From a virus (lineage: Duplodnaviria; Caudoviricetes): a stretch of 64,000 nt of DNA. The notes beneath the pieces were generated by a model, which made no database searches, was not told where the DNA came from, and worked only from the letters and a program-made list of their open reading frames with translations. The translations under genes were made by a program, and so were the position numbers. This document shows, one piece after another, positions 34,176-44,041 of the stretch (position 1 is the stretch's first letter; each line of letters opens with the position of its first letter). The stretch is from IMG/VR virus record IMGVR_UViG_3300013947_000022, positions 64,001 through 128,000 of that record; one strand, written 5' to 3'.

Positions 34176-35441
34176 ATGGAAAAGACACCTGTTTATTTGA
34201 TTATGACTACAGCAGAAAACAATAATAAATATTATAATTGTTTCCCAAATTCTGATGGAACTTTTACTGTCAAATATGGTCGAGTTGGTGGACATGAAAG
34301 CACCACTACTTATCCCATGTCCAAGTGGGATTCTCAAATTAACTCTAAGCTTAAAAAGGGTTATGTTTCTCAGACTCACCTTATGACAGATGTGATTGAA
34401 AATTCTAAAGAAGAAGAGTCCACAGAGGGGAAAGATAAGTTTTCAATTATTGAAAATAAGTCTGTACGAGACATTATTAAACGTCTGTATGACTTTGCAA
34501 ACAAGGTTGTCCAGTCTGCATATAAGGTAAAGTCTTCCGTTGTTACTCAAGCCATGATTGATGAAGCTCAGAGCTTAATTGATAATCTTGCTCTTAATTA
34601 TGAGAATATGGATTATAATCAGTTTAATAAAAAGCTTCTGGAAATTTTCATGGTTATTCCTCGTAAGATGAGCAACGTAAGTGATTATCTTATTTATAAA
34701 AACGATTTTGATTCTTTTAAGTCTATTATCGACCGTGAACAGAGCACTCTTGATGCTATGGCTGGTCAGGTTTATAAGCCTGTAAAGATTGAAAAGAAAG
34801 ATGCTGATAGTGATACCAGTGATAATGAAATTTCTATTCTTGATGAAATGGGTATTACTATGGAAGATGCTACTGCGGAAGATGTAGCTAAAATTAAGAA
34901 AGCAATGGGTGATTCAGCAGATAAGTTTTATCGAGCTTGGCGTGTAACAAATAAAGCCACAGAAGAAGCCTATCATAAATTTGTTGATGCAAATAATATT
35001 GGGAATCGTAAACTTTTGTGTCATGGTAGCCGAAATCAAAACTGGTTTGGTATTCTTAAGATGGGATTACGTTGGAAATTGTCTAACGTAATTACTAATG
35101 GCAGTATGTTCGGAAGCAAAGCCATATATTTTAGCAACCCAGATAAGTTCCACGGTGGGGTTCGTAAGTCTATTGGCTACACTTCTCTTGGTGGTTATTG
35201 GACTCGTGAACAGCAAAATTGTGGTTTTCTTGCTTTCTTTGAGGTTGCTTTGGGAGATAGCTATGATGCTTATCAATTTAGTAGCCAATATTATGATATG
35301 GATTTAAAGAAGCTTAAGTCTTTAAAACCTAATGCATGGCATCTTTGGGCGCATGGAAATACAAGTATGCTTAAAAATGATGAGCTTATTGTATATTCTA
35401 TGGAACAAATGACAATTCGTTATTTGGTGGAAATTCGATAA
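34176..35441 (+). CDS. PARP-like ADP-ribosyltransferase (WGR + helical regulatory + catalytic domains)
   Basis: NNNKYY...YGRVG...KLKKGY (WGR); F..IPR; LLCHGSR, GSMFG..IYF, KSIGYT, DELIVY (H-Y-E triad). Confidence 0.85.
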   Translation: MEKTPVYLIMTTAENNNKYYNCFPNSDGTFTVKYGRVGGHESTTTYPMSKWDSQINSKLKKGYVSQTHLMTDVIENSKEEESTEGKDKFSIIENKSVRDIIKRLYDFANKVVQSAYKVKSSVVTQAMIDEAQSLIDNLALNYENMDYNQFNKKLLEIFMVIPRKMSNVSDYLIYKNDFDSFKSIIDREQSTLDAMAGQVYKPVKIEKKDADSDTSDNEISILDEMGITMEDATAEDVAKIKKAMGDSADKFYRAWRVTNKATEEAYHKFVDANNIGNRKLLCHGSRNQNWFGILKMGLRWKLSNVITNGSMFGSKAIYFSNPDKFHGGVRKSIGYTSLGGYWTREQQNCGFLAFFEVALGDSYDAYQFSSQYYDMDLKKLKSLKPNAWHLWAHGNTSMLKNDELIVYSMEQMTIRYLVEIR

Positions 35442-35479
35442 AGTAAATAAAAACAATCTTTTATAATGAGGTAAAATAT

Positions 35480-35914
35480 ATGCCTGTTAATCTTATCGCT
35501 CATAACGCAGAATTCTTTTCTCTCCCCTCTGATTTTCTTCCGATTTCTACTCAGATTGTTAATTCAATCAAGGGGAATTATGTAGACTATTGTTATTCTG
35601 AAACCATGCTTCGAGAAGTAATCAAGAAAGCAAAGGAACAGAAAGTTAGTCTGGTTTATGAAAAAGTCCTTGACAAATATGGAGATTTGGATTATATTAT
35701 TGTTAGTCGAGGGCATTTCTTTAATACTCAAACCAATGAAAAGGTCAGAGAACCAATGCAACTGGATAAAAACAATCTGCCTTTTGGGATTGTAATTCGA
35801 CATAATGCTCCAAAGGCTTATAATGATGGAGTAAAGAAAGAGCCTAAGAGAAAAATTAAGAGAGAAGCGACTAAGAATTTCTTTGAGGGGAGAACAGGTG
35901 TTTTTCAAATCTAA
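35480..35914 (+). CDS. hypothetical protein
   Basis: SD GAGGT. Confidence 0.55.
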   Translation: MPVNLIAHNAEFFSLPSDFLPISTQIVNSIKGNYVDYCYSETMLREVIKKAKEQKVSLVYEKVLDKYGDLDYIIVSRGHFFNTQTNEKVREPMQLDKNNLPFGIVIRHNAPKAYNDGVKKEPKRKIKREATKNFFEGRTGVFQI

Positions 35915-35962
35915 ATTTTAAAAATCAATCCTGTAAACAATTTTAGAAAGGACTCCAACAAA

Positions 35963-36826
35963 ATGAACAAGATTACTAAGAAACTGATTGCCAAGTACAA
36001 TATGTACGCAACGAAAAGTGGCTGGGTAAAATATCAGTTTGGTAAAGTCCATATCATTTTCGCAATTATCACAGCACTTGCTTTCGGTTTTTGTTTTGGT
36101 ATGGATGTTGAACGTCAAACCATTCCAGAACTTCTACAAGCAGAATATGATAAGGCAGTAAATGAAACTGCCCTCTACTATTCTGATGCTATTGAAGAAT
36201 ATACTGAAATTCTTCATCATTATTCTGGCTATATTTCTTCTGCAAACTCGGTTGAAAAGAAGTACCTGCGTTACATGACTAAGAGTGCTCTTTATGCAGA
36301 AATTGACCGAGTAGATAGTTTCATGCAAAGTTTCGAAGAATTTGGAGCTGCTGAGAATCCTCTTTATGGAGAACTTGAAAATTATAAAGAAGAAATTCAG
36401 AAGACTATTGATTCTGGGCGTTATCTTTATCCTTATACCGATTGGGATTATGAAATGCTTGCATTTTGCATTTGGCATGAAGCGGGTTCATCTTTCATTT
36501 CTATGGAAGAAAAAATGGATGTGGGATGTGTCGTTCTAAATCGTCAAATGCAAGGCGGTATTGGCAAGCAAATGATTGACCCCTCTATTGAAGATATTAT
36601 TAACGAAGGAAAAAATGGAGGGATTATTCAATACCCTTATTCTACCACCGAGTATTATTCCGTAACCATTCCTGATGAGTGCTATGAAGCGGCAAGACGT
36701 GTTCTTGAACGAGAAGTGGTCGCTCCTCGCAATGTATTATATCAGGCAACATTCCCACAAGGCGAAATTTATCACTCTTATTATCATCCTGAGCTTGGCA
36801 ACACCACTTATATTTGCTATGAATGA
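35963..36826 (+). CDS. Membrane-anchored protein with SleB/Hydrolase_2-like C-terminal domain
   Basis: N-terminal TM segment; LA..I..EAG...VG.VVLNR. Confidence 0.6.
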   Translation: MNKITKKLIAKYNMYATKSGWVKYQFGKVHIIFAIITALAFGFCFGMDVERQTIPELLQAEYDKAVNETALYYSDAIEEYTEILHHYSGYISSANSVEKKYLRYMTKSALYAEIDRVDSFMQSFEEFGAAENPLYGELENYKEEIQKTIDSGRYLYPYTDWDYEMLAFCIWHEAGSSFISMEEKMDVGCVVLNRQMQGGIGKQMIDPSIEDIINEGKNGGIIQYPYSTTEYYSVTIPDECYEAARRVLEREVVAPRNVLYQATFPQGEIYHSYYHPELGNTTYICYE

Positions 36827-36837
36827 GGTAAATTAAA

Positions 36838-37134
36838 ATGAATTTGATTAAAGATTATTATATTGTTACAGTAGAAATCAAAGACCCTGACCGTCCTACT
36901 CATTGGGATAGAACTATTCTTGATGGCAAGCTTTGTGTATTTCTTCATGAAATTATGACGGGAGAACATTTCTTTTTCTGCGCAAATTATGGTGCGGAAG
37001 ATTATCCTGATTGGCACACTATTGCCACAACTCGTGTAGAATCTTTTAACGTTGATGGGAATGGGGAAGAAGTAAATTCTGTAACAGTAGAAACCAAAAA
37101 TACTATTTATCATTTTACAAGATTGGAGATTTAA
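36838..37134 (+). CDS. hypothetical protein
   Basis: SD GAGGT; V.TKNTIY.F C-terminus. Confidence 0.6.
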   Translation: MNLIKDYYIVTVEIKDPDRPTHWDRTILDGKLCVFLHEIMTGEHFFFCANYGAEDYPDWHTIATTRVESFNVDGNGEEVNSVTVETKNTIYHFTRLEI

Positions 37135-37135
37135 T

Positions 37136-37492
37136 ATGCTTAATTTTAATAACAAAGATGTATGTCCTTGCCTAACTTGTGAGCATAACAATGTTTGTAT
37201 GTATAGAGAAAAGTTCACTCTATATTATGACAAGGTAAATAGCGAAAACAGAGATAACAATATTCCCGAATGTGCAACGCTTTCGGTTTCTTGTAAGTAT
37301 GCTCGTTATAGCACTATTACAGCCAATTGTCGTGGTTCTAATGTGATTCAGGCTATTACTGATACTGTTCCTTGTAAGGCAGAAAGAAATCTTGACGGAA
37401 TAGCTTTTAATCGTAAAGATGTAATTTCATCTCCTACCACAACAGGAACTCCCTATACTATTGACACAAGCTCACAGTGCAAGATTTCTTAA
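37136..37492 (+). CDS. hypothetical Cys-containing protein
   Basis: SD GGAG; C..CEH..VC. Confidence 0.55.
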   Translation: MLNFNNKDVCPCLTCEHNNVCMYREKFTLYYDKVNSENRDNNIPECATLSVSCKYARYSTITANCRGSNVIQAITDTVPCKAERNLDGIAFNRKDVISSPTTTGTPYTIDTSSQCKIS

Positions 37493-37580
37493 ATTAAAAA
37501 GTAAAAAATAAAAAACAAAAATGGCAAAAAAGGCTTGACAATCTCAAGTCTTTTTGCTATAATAACACTATAAAATCCAA

Positions 37581-38231
37581 ATGAAATGTAGGTTTTATTT
37601 TGTGACTGAAAATGAACTGATTTCTACGTCAATTAATCTCTATGAATGGGGTTCGAGAGTTTATCAAACCTCTACTGATTCTTCTGATTGGGATTATATT
37701 GCAATTGTTCCAGATGATTTCCCTAAAGAGCCAGACCAATATGAGTTTGAAAACCATACATATAATATTGAACATGAATCAGAATGGCTTGCAAAACTTC
37801 AAAGAAATTCAGTGGAAGCCTTAGAATGTATTTCTCTTCCTTCTCAGTTCATTATTAAGAAAAGGAAATCATATCCTTTCATTTTTATCCCAGATTGTGC
37901 TCATGCTGCAATTTCTGAACGAGCGTCTATTGCTTGGGTTAAAGGAAAGAAAAAACTTACTATTGAAAAAGATTTTGATTGGCGTGGCGGAAAGAAATCT
38001 ATTTGGCATTCTCTAAGACTTTATCTCTTTGGAATCCAATGCGCTCAATATGGTTTAATTGTTGATTTTACTGAGGCAAATAAATATTACACAGATATTG
38101 TCGTAAAGAAACATGGAGACACAGGTAGAGATGAATGGGAATATCTAAAGAAAACCTACCATCCGCTCAATAATTATTTACACTCTAAAATGAAAACTGA
38201 ATTTGGAACGCATAAATGTATTGTGAGGTAA
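37581..38231 (+). CDS. Second Pol-beta-superfamily nucleotidyltransferase
   Basis: WGSRVYQT....SDWDYI; KKSIWHSLR; preceded by TTGACA-17-TATAAT. Confidence 0.75.
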   Translation: MKCRFYFVTENELISTSINLYEWGSRVYQTSTDSSDWDYIAIVPDDFPKEPDQYEFENHTYNIEHESEWLAKLQRNSVEALECISLPSQFIIKKRKSYPFIFIPDCAHAAISERASIAWVKGKKKLTIEKDFDWRGGKKSIWHSLRLYLFGIQCAQYGLIVDFTEANKYYTDIVVKKHGDTGRDEWEYLKKTYHPLNNYLHSKMKTEFGTHKCIVR

Positions 38232-38392
38232 ATTAATATGACTAATGAACGTGCTGCTCAAGTGCTTATCGCCGCATATTCTTTTATAGTTAATCAATGT
38301 GATAATCAATTCACAAACAGTTATGAAATTGCTTGCTCTAAAGCTGTAGGACTGCTTATGAATGCTCCTGATATTATTGGGGAAATAGAACA

Positions 38393-38977
38393 ATGAACTT
38401 TTTTCAGAAATTTTTTGGGCATTTAAAGACAGTAACAAAACATCGTTGGTGGGTTTGTTATTATTGTTTTAAAGCTGGTATTCCGTGGCAAGGGCTTGTT
38501 CACGATTTAAGTAAATTTTCTCCCGTGGAATTTTGGGAATCTGTTAAGTATTATCAAGGTTTTCGTAGTCCCATTGATTATTGTAAAGAAGTTAATGGGT
38601 GGTCTAAGGCTTGGATGCATCACAAAGGCAGAAATAAACATCATTATGAATTTTGGCAGGATAATTTTGACTTTGGTTGCAAGCCTATTCAAATGCCCTA
38701 TAAATATGCTCTTGAATTAATTTGTGATTTTCTTGGGGCTGGCAGGGCTTATAATGGTAAGGATTTTTCTCCCGAAAATGAATATAAATGGTGGCTTAAA
38801 AAGAAAGACCGCGGCCTTAAAATGCATCCTCAAACACTTGAGTTTGTTAATTTGATGATGGAAGATTTTCTTAATTCTGGATTTATTAATACACTTGTTC
38901 GAGCAGAGGAGTATTATAATTTTGCGGCTGTCCGCACACATTCTAAAGATTCGAAATGGAGAGAAACAAATGAGTGA
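38393..38977 (+). CDS. HD-like protein (DUF5662-type)
   Basis: H..TV..HR, HDLSKF, AWMHH...NKHHYEFW, MP.KY..E..CD. Confidence 0.7.
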   Translation: MNFFQKFFGHLKTVTKHRWWVCYYCFKAGIPWQGLVHDLSKFSPVEFWESVKYYQGFRSPIDYCKEVNGWSKAWMHHKGRNKHHYEFWQDNFDFGCKPIQMPYKYALELICDFLGAGRAYNGKDFSPENEYKWWLKKKDRGLKMHPQTLEFVNLMMEDFLNSGFINTLVRAEEYYNFAAVRTHSKDSKWRETNE

Positions 38978-39461
38978 TAAGGTTTATGAATTTAATTCTT
39001 CTAATGCCGTAGGGTAGCTACGGGAAATTGCCATAACTAAATGGCTTGAAAGTAGAGAAGATGTATTAAATGTAGAAGATGTATCTGGGGACAAGTTTTT
39101 CCAAAATTTAGACATTGACCTCATTGTAAATAAAACTAATGGGACATCTTATACTGTCGAAATAAAAACAGATACTTATGTTACTGGTAATCTATTTTTC
39201 GAGGTTATCAGTAATGAACAGCGTCAAACTGAACGGTGTCTTATGAAGTCTGATGCTCAATTTTTGTTCTATTACTTCTTAAAGACTAAGACTTTGTATA
39301 TTCTTAACATGAAAAAATTCAGGCAGTTTGTTTTAGACCGAACGGATACATTAAAAGAGAAAAGGGTGAAGAATAAGCTTTTTACAAGCCGAGGATTTCT
39401 TGTACCTTTGTCTCTTATTGAAGCTGAAATGAAGCCTCTGAAAAAAATCCAATTAAATTGA
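38970..39461 (+). CDS. PD-(D/E)xK-fold nuclease-like protein; TAG at codon 16 and two CGG
   Basis: VG*L[CGG]E, DIDL, VEIKTD, TGNLFFE, TE[CGG]CLMKSDA, YYF; overlaps the previous gene's 3' end, SD GGAG. Confidence 0.7.
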
Positions 39462-39531
39462 TAAAAACCTCTTGACAAGTAGAAAAGGCTACGCTATAAT
39501 AGGTACATAAAGTTAAGAGAGGAAAACAAAA

Positions 39532-39969
39532 ATGAACTTTGATTTCATGATTAGTATTATTGCAGTATTGGCATTAATTGTAACCATGCTTAGTTTTGTC
39601 CCTGCTTTTTGCTCGCGTATGGATGAGAGTGGTTACACAAGTAAAAACATAATTAAAATGTTTATTAGTTGTTTTGCTTTTGCTGTTATCGGTGCCATTG
39701 CTATTTCTTATCCTTTAATCAATGCCACTAACAACACTATTCAGTCTCCCACAAAGTATGTTGGAGCAGAAATTGTAGCTCGTGGAACTGATGGAGCATA
39801 TATTTTTCAGGAAATGGAATATGACACAGGCGAAACTTATAGATATATTTCAAATTCTTATCTGGTTTATGATGCAGTTTATCTTCTAACTGTTGACAAG
39901 AAAACCAATGAAGTTCTTGTAGTTTGGAAGACCGTAGATAATGGACCGCGAATTGAAGCGGTAGGATAA
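39532..39969 (+). CDS. hypothetical membrane protein
   Basis: Two hydrophobic segments; own promoter TTGACA-17-TATAAT. Confidence 0.6.
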   Translation: MNFDFMISIIAVLALIVTMLSFVPAFCSRMDESGYTSKNIIKMFISCFAFAVIGAIAISYPLINATNNTIQSPTKYVGAEIVARGTDGAYIFQEMEYDTGETYRYISNSYLVYDAVYLLTVDKKTNEVLVVWKTVDNGPRIEAVG

Positions 39970-40098
39970 AAATATACTTTTATTTGGCTTACAACAACTC
40001 CTTTTTGTTGTGATGTGGTGGAGCTTTGCTCGGTTAGCGCGTGACTTCTCTATGGAGACACCACGGGATAGCATCATGCGTGGTGCTATCCCAAATAT

Positions 40099-40174
40099 GC
40101 AGGATTAGTGTTAGTGGTTAGCACGGGACTCTTCCAAAGTTCAAGCGCCAGTTCGAATCTGGTATCTTGCTCCA
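40099..40174 (+). tRNA. tRNA-Gly(TCC)
   Basis: Cloverleaf: GCAGGAT/ATCTTGC, loop CTTCCAA, T arm GCCAG-TTCGAAT-CTGGT, U73, CCA. Confidence 0.92.
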
Positions 40175-40207
40175 TTTAATTTTAAAATTTAAGGAGATAT
40201 TATAAAT

Positions 40208-40654
40208 ATGGATGTTACTCAGATTGTAACAATGGTAATTGGTCTATGCGTGGCTCTTTGTACCGTCTTTATCATTCCAAATCTTCGTAAGAAGTATGGT
40301 CAGGATAAGATTAACGAAGCACTTGCTACAATGGAAACCTATATGTCTATTGCTAAGATTGCTGTCAACGCTGCCGAACAGATGGGTCTTACTATGGGCT
40401 GGGACGGTCAGAAGAAGCTACAGGAAGCTATGGATTACGCTGAGAAGAAGCTTGCAGAAATGGGTATTACTTATGACGAAGCTACTCTACGCAAGGAGAT
40501 TGAAGCTGCTGTCTATGAGATTAGTGGCGCTCTAAAGGGTGATACTAAGAAGAATACTACGGAGTATGTAACTTCTGGTTATATTCAGGCTGTTATGGAT
40601 AGCAATACAGATGCTCCTACGGCAACTGTAACTACTACTGCTACAAGTAAGTAA
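40208..40654 (+). CDS. Holin-like protein (LL-H family-like)
   Basis: One N-terminal TM segment; AV.AAEQ...G.KK..EA..Y...IEAAV. Confidence 0.7.
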   Translation: MDVTQIVTMVIGLCVALCTVFIIPNLRKKYGQDKINEALATMETYMSIAKIAVNAAEQMGLTMGWDGQKKLQEAMDYAEKKLAEMGITYDEATLRKEIEAAVYEISGALKGDTKKNTTEYVTSGYIQAVMDSNTDAPTATVTTTATSK

Positions 40655-40777
40655 TTTATAATTATATTTTTAAATGGTTTATATCTATAAAATAATTAAT
40701 GACATAAATGATAAAATTTATGTAGGTAAAACTGAATTTTCTATTGAAAAGCGTTTCAAGTAGCGAGGTTGATAAAA

Positions 40778-41050
40778 ATGACTGATGTAAAATTTTTTGA
40801 ATTTAGCAAGAACGCTGTCCGTGATTATGTAATTAATCATCTGGATAAGTCTGATACTACACCTGATTTTGATGTGTATATTGTATGGTATTGTAAGACT
40901 TTGCAGAATTGGAAGGCTCTTCTTTCTACCACTCTATTTGATGGAATGTACTACGAATTTACTCTCAATGGAGATAAGGACGAGGCATATCTTGATGCTT
41001 ATAAGAAGTGGGACAATAATTGCATCAAGATTCCAGAGGTATACCTATAA
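40778..41050 (+). CDS. conserved phage protein (DUF6275-like)
   Basis: VYIVWYCKTLQNWKALLST...DGMYYE.T.NGDK.E.YLDAYKKW. Confidence 0.7.
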   Translation: MTDVKFFEFSKNAVRDYVINHLDKSDTTPDFDVYIVWYCKTLQNWKALLSTTLFDGMYYEFTLNGDKDEAYLDAYKKWDNNCIKIPEVYL

Positions 41051-41230
41051 TGAATGTCATTATTCCTTTTGTTCTTGGAATGTGGGTTATGTTTGTCATT
41101 GACTATATCCACAGCATGAATAAAAAGTAATCCAAAGTTTTTTCAAAAAAGCTTTAAAAAAGTCTTGACAAACAGAAATGTTTGTAGTAATATAAAGACG
41201 AGCTCGAAAGAGCGCAACATGAGTTATCTC

Positions 41231-41360
41231 TTCGACTCTAACAGCAATTTTTCATAATATTCTAACAAAAGAAGCAAACTATGGTTCGATTCCACAATCC
41301 TTTCCCTGAGAGGATTAGTCAAGTGGATAAGACGGCTTCATGAATTATTAATGAGTCGAG
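41231..41360 (+). ncRNA. TCGAC-ACAGCAA stem RNA copy 1 (skipping-rope-like) with permuted tRNA-like domain
   Basis: TCGACTC/GAGTCGA stem, ACAGCAA; loop holds T arm (TTCGATT), closed acceptor stem ATCCTTT/AGAGGAT and D arm in that order. Confidence 0.65.
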
Positions 41361-41614
41361 AACAAAAACAAAAAAAGTTAAAAGCCTCTTGACAAATGAA
41401 AATCAAGATGGTATAATGAGCACATAAAGAAATAAAAAACTTGTTTTATTTAGCAAGAGTGATTCTTTTAGTTCCCTAAAACGTGGTATGCCAATCACAT
41501 TCAATCTTGCTATCTAAATAGGTAGAAGAACCTACTGCGTTTCTTGTTAGTACGCTCCTATTCTGAGCTGGAACACTTGAAAACCAGTAGAGTTCCTAAA
41601 CCGAAATTCCATTT

Positions 41615-41736
41615 GCGCCTGTAACTCAGTGGTAGAGTAGCGGCCTTGGATAATAGCGTTTAGGCTTTAGCAAGTGCGAGACTTGCATTATCCCTTAAGC
41701 CGTCTGTCATGGGTTCGAATCCCATCAGGCGCACCA
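41615..41736 (+). tRNA. tRNA-Lys(TTT) interrupted by a 47-nt tRNA-like insert (41648-41694)
   Basis: GCGCCTG/CAGGCGC, A73, CCA, canonical D and T arms, anticodon stem GCGGC/GCCGT; CTT+TTAA gives CTTTTAA after removal. Confidence 0.8.
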
Positions 41737-41761
41737 ATAGTAGTTTTGTAATTTTGGTCTA

Positions 41762-41825
41762 TTCGACACTCACAGTAATTTTTAACACATATAATTGGAT
41801 TTGTATTTGTAAAAATAGTGTCGAG
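41762..41825 (+). ncRNA. TCGAC-ACAG stem RNA copy 2
   Basis: TCGACAC/GTGTCGA stem, ACAGTAA. Confidence 0.55.
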
Positions 41826-41853
41826 TATAATTAACAAAGAAAGGACAACAACT

Positions 41854-42504
41854 ATGTTAAAGCCAGAAGAAAAAATCATTCTTGACCTTTGTGGCGGTAC
41901 TGGTTCATGGTCTCGTCCTTGGCAGTTAAATGGGTATGATGTTCGTATCATTACTCTTCCTGAATATGATGTAAGGACTTTTAATCCTCCTGAGAATGTT
42001 TGGGGCATTCTTGCTGCTCCACCTTGCACAGAATTTAGCAATCTAAACTGTATCGCTGAGAATCGTCATCGTGACTTTGATGCTGGTATGGAAATTGTTA
42101 ATGCGTGTTTGCGTATTATCAAAGAGTGTAATCCTGTTTGGTGGGCTTTGGAAAACCCTCGTGGACATTTGCGTGATTTCCTCGGAACTCCTACTATGAC
42201 TTTCCAGCCTTGGGAATATGGAGACCCTTGGACTAAGGCTACGGATATTTGGGGTACTTTTAATATTCCTCCAAAAAAGTATTCTCGTTGGGAAGATGTG
42301 CCTAATAAGATTCCTCTGTATACTCGCAAGGGTAGAAACAAGCCCAATTTTGCTTTTCTTCATAAGTCTGCTTGGAAGAATATTCCTCAACTTAGTTGGC
42401 ATCATCAACCTGAAACAGATGCGGAATTTAGAGCAATGACTCCTCCTGCATTTGCATGGGCATTCTATGAAGCTAATAAACTGAAAGTTTATGAGGGTAA
42501 TTAA
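41854..42504 (+). CDS. Short C5-cytosine DNA methyltransferase-like protein
   Basis: ILDLCGGTGSWS, APPCTEFS, ALENP. Confidence 0.75.
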   Translation: MLKPEEKIILDLCGGTGSWSRPWQLNGYDVRIITLPEYDVRTFNPPENVWGILAAPPCTEFSNLNCIAENRHRDFDAGMEIVNACLRIIKECNPVWWALENPRGHLRDFLGTPTMTFQPWEYGDPWTKATDIWGTFNIPPKKYSRWEDVPNKIPLYTRKGRNKPNFAFLHKSAWKNIPQLSWHHQPETDAEFRAMTPPAFAWAFYEANKLKVYEGN

Positions 42505-42696
42505 ATGACAACCGAAGAAAAGTTGCGAGAGTATGCTGATTATTATATCACTCTTTCTCCAATTAAAAAGGTGCGATTTTTAGAAAAGAATTTTAATCTT
42601 GGTAAGTTAAAATGGTATCAACGTATTTGTCTTACAATTGAGTTTGCGATTGGTGACTTGAAAGATAAGACAAAAAATATTTTCAAAAAAGTTTAA
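42505..42696 (+). CDS. hypothetical protein
   Basis: SD GAGG; abuts previous gene. Confidence 0.5.
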   Translation: MTTEEKLREYADYYITLSPIKKVRFLEKNFNLGKLKWYQRICLTIEFAIGDLKDKTKNIFKKV

Positions 42697-42739
42697 AAAA
42701 CACTTGACAAACAAAACAAAGTGTGCTATACTTAGTACA

Positions 42740-43320
42740 CAATCAAGGAAGACGAATGGTTGGTGAGTCTCAAAACAACCCAACTACCAAATGATAATAA
42801 GTGCGTGAGCTTAAATGCTAACGAACGTAATGAAGAAGCGACCTCGACCTCATATATCGTATATATATGTTGTAAATTACAAGAGTGAGTCAAGCAGTAA
42901 TTACAGGAGACATTTAAGTAAGGATTAATCGCAGTCCTGCTTGTTATCATTACCATAGTCTTGGTGATAGACTATCAAAACATCACTCCCCCAACTCCCG
43001 TCCGAAGTCTTGGAGTAGAACGCAAGCGATGGGCGTTCGAAGCAGAAAATGAAAGGGAAGAACACGATATATAGTGAGATAACCTATCGGGGTGCTAATG
43101 TGATAGGAAGTCTAAGTTCGGGAAAATCGTGAGTGGAAATTCCACGAGGTAAGCGTAGCGAACTTACCTAAACAGCTTCTTAATTACTACGGTAATTAAG
43201 CATAACTCATACTACGGTTAGACTGTATGAGAATCCTACTCAATGAGAAGCTGAGAGGATTAAGGTGACTAACCCTCCGAATGGTTGGTGAAGAGAAAGT
43301 TCAATCCAACTACCAGATTC
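42740..43320 (+). ncRNA. Candidate large structured ncRNA
   Basis: Promoter TTGACA(42704)-17-TATACT, no credible ORF, many hairpins, flanked by repeated GAATGGTTGGTGA..CCAACTACCA motif. Confidence 0.45.
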
Positions 43321-43343
43321 TTTTACAAGGATTCATATACTCC

Positions 43344-43475
43344 TTCGACACTTACAGCAATTTTTACAAATGATATTTTTGAAATAACAATTGTAGAGTT
43401 CAATTCTCTATATAGCAACTCCTTACAGTCAGAGAGGAAACGCTATAGTCTGGTAGACCTGAAAAATGTGTCGAG
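43344..43475 (+). ncRNA. TCGAC-ACAGCAA stem RNA copy 3 with degenerate permuted tRNA-like domain
   Basis: TCGACAC/GTGTCGA; T-arm-like GTAGAG-TTCAATT-CTCTAT, ATAGC/GCTAT, D-like GTC-TGGTA-GAC. Confidence 0.6.
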
Positions 43476-43850
43476 TTTCTGACAATATGCCTTTTGTAGT
43501 ATAATGGCAGGAAAGTTTCTTCTCTCTTCCCTTAAAAGAGAAGTGGAGGGTGGGTGTCTTCGGATTCCCCTTACACGAATGGTTGGTGAGTGTTTAAATA
43601 ACCCAGCTACCATTAAATCCGTATGAGGTAACATAACAAGGGTTCTCATTAAAACTTGGAACTGTCCCGTCACCTTGTTTGTATAAGGGAATGAGTCAAG
43701 AGGTTATAGTTTACGGTCTATAACATTAAAGTTTAGCAATGAAAATGACCGAGATAATTGTGTGTAAGTCTGAAATAATGACTCTCCCCCAATCGAACCG
43801 AGGGCAGATATGTGTAAAGCTGGTCTGTCAGTAGTTGCTAAACTGAATAT

Positions 43851-44002
43851 GCAGGTATGGTGGAATTGGTAGACACAGCAGACTCCTTGGTATAGCATAA
43901 GTAATGCGCTCTTTTGAGAGATAAAAGTTCAAATCTTTTTATCAGGTCCAAAAATCTGCCGCTGAAATATGCGTGGGGGTTCGAGTCCCCCTACCTGTAC
44001 CA
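43851..44002 (+). tRNA. tRNA-Leu(CAA) interrupted by a 65-nt tRNA-like insert (43886-43950)
   Basis: GCAGGTA/TACCTGT, A73, CCA, Leu-type D loop and long variable arm; CTC+AAAA gives CTCAAAA after removal (87 nt mature). Confidence 0.82.
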
Positions 44003-44041
44003 TATTTATTTAATAGTCAAAAATACGTTCATTTAAGAACG

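Noticed and set aside
43488-43575. Additional tRNA beginning GCCTTTTGTAGTATAATGGCAG
   Set aside because: D-arm-like start, but I could not build a consistent acceptor stem and T arm
43095-43670. Phage-encoded RNase P RNA
   Set aside because: GATAGGAAGTCTAAGTTC only loosely resembles conserved region I, and I found no properly matching P4 partner; needs cmsearch
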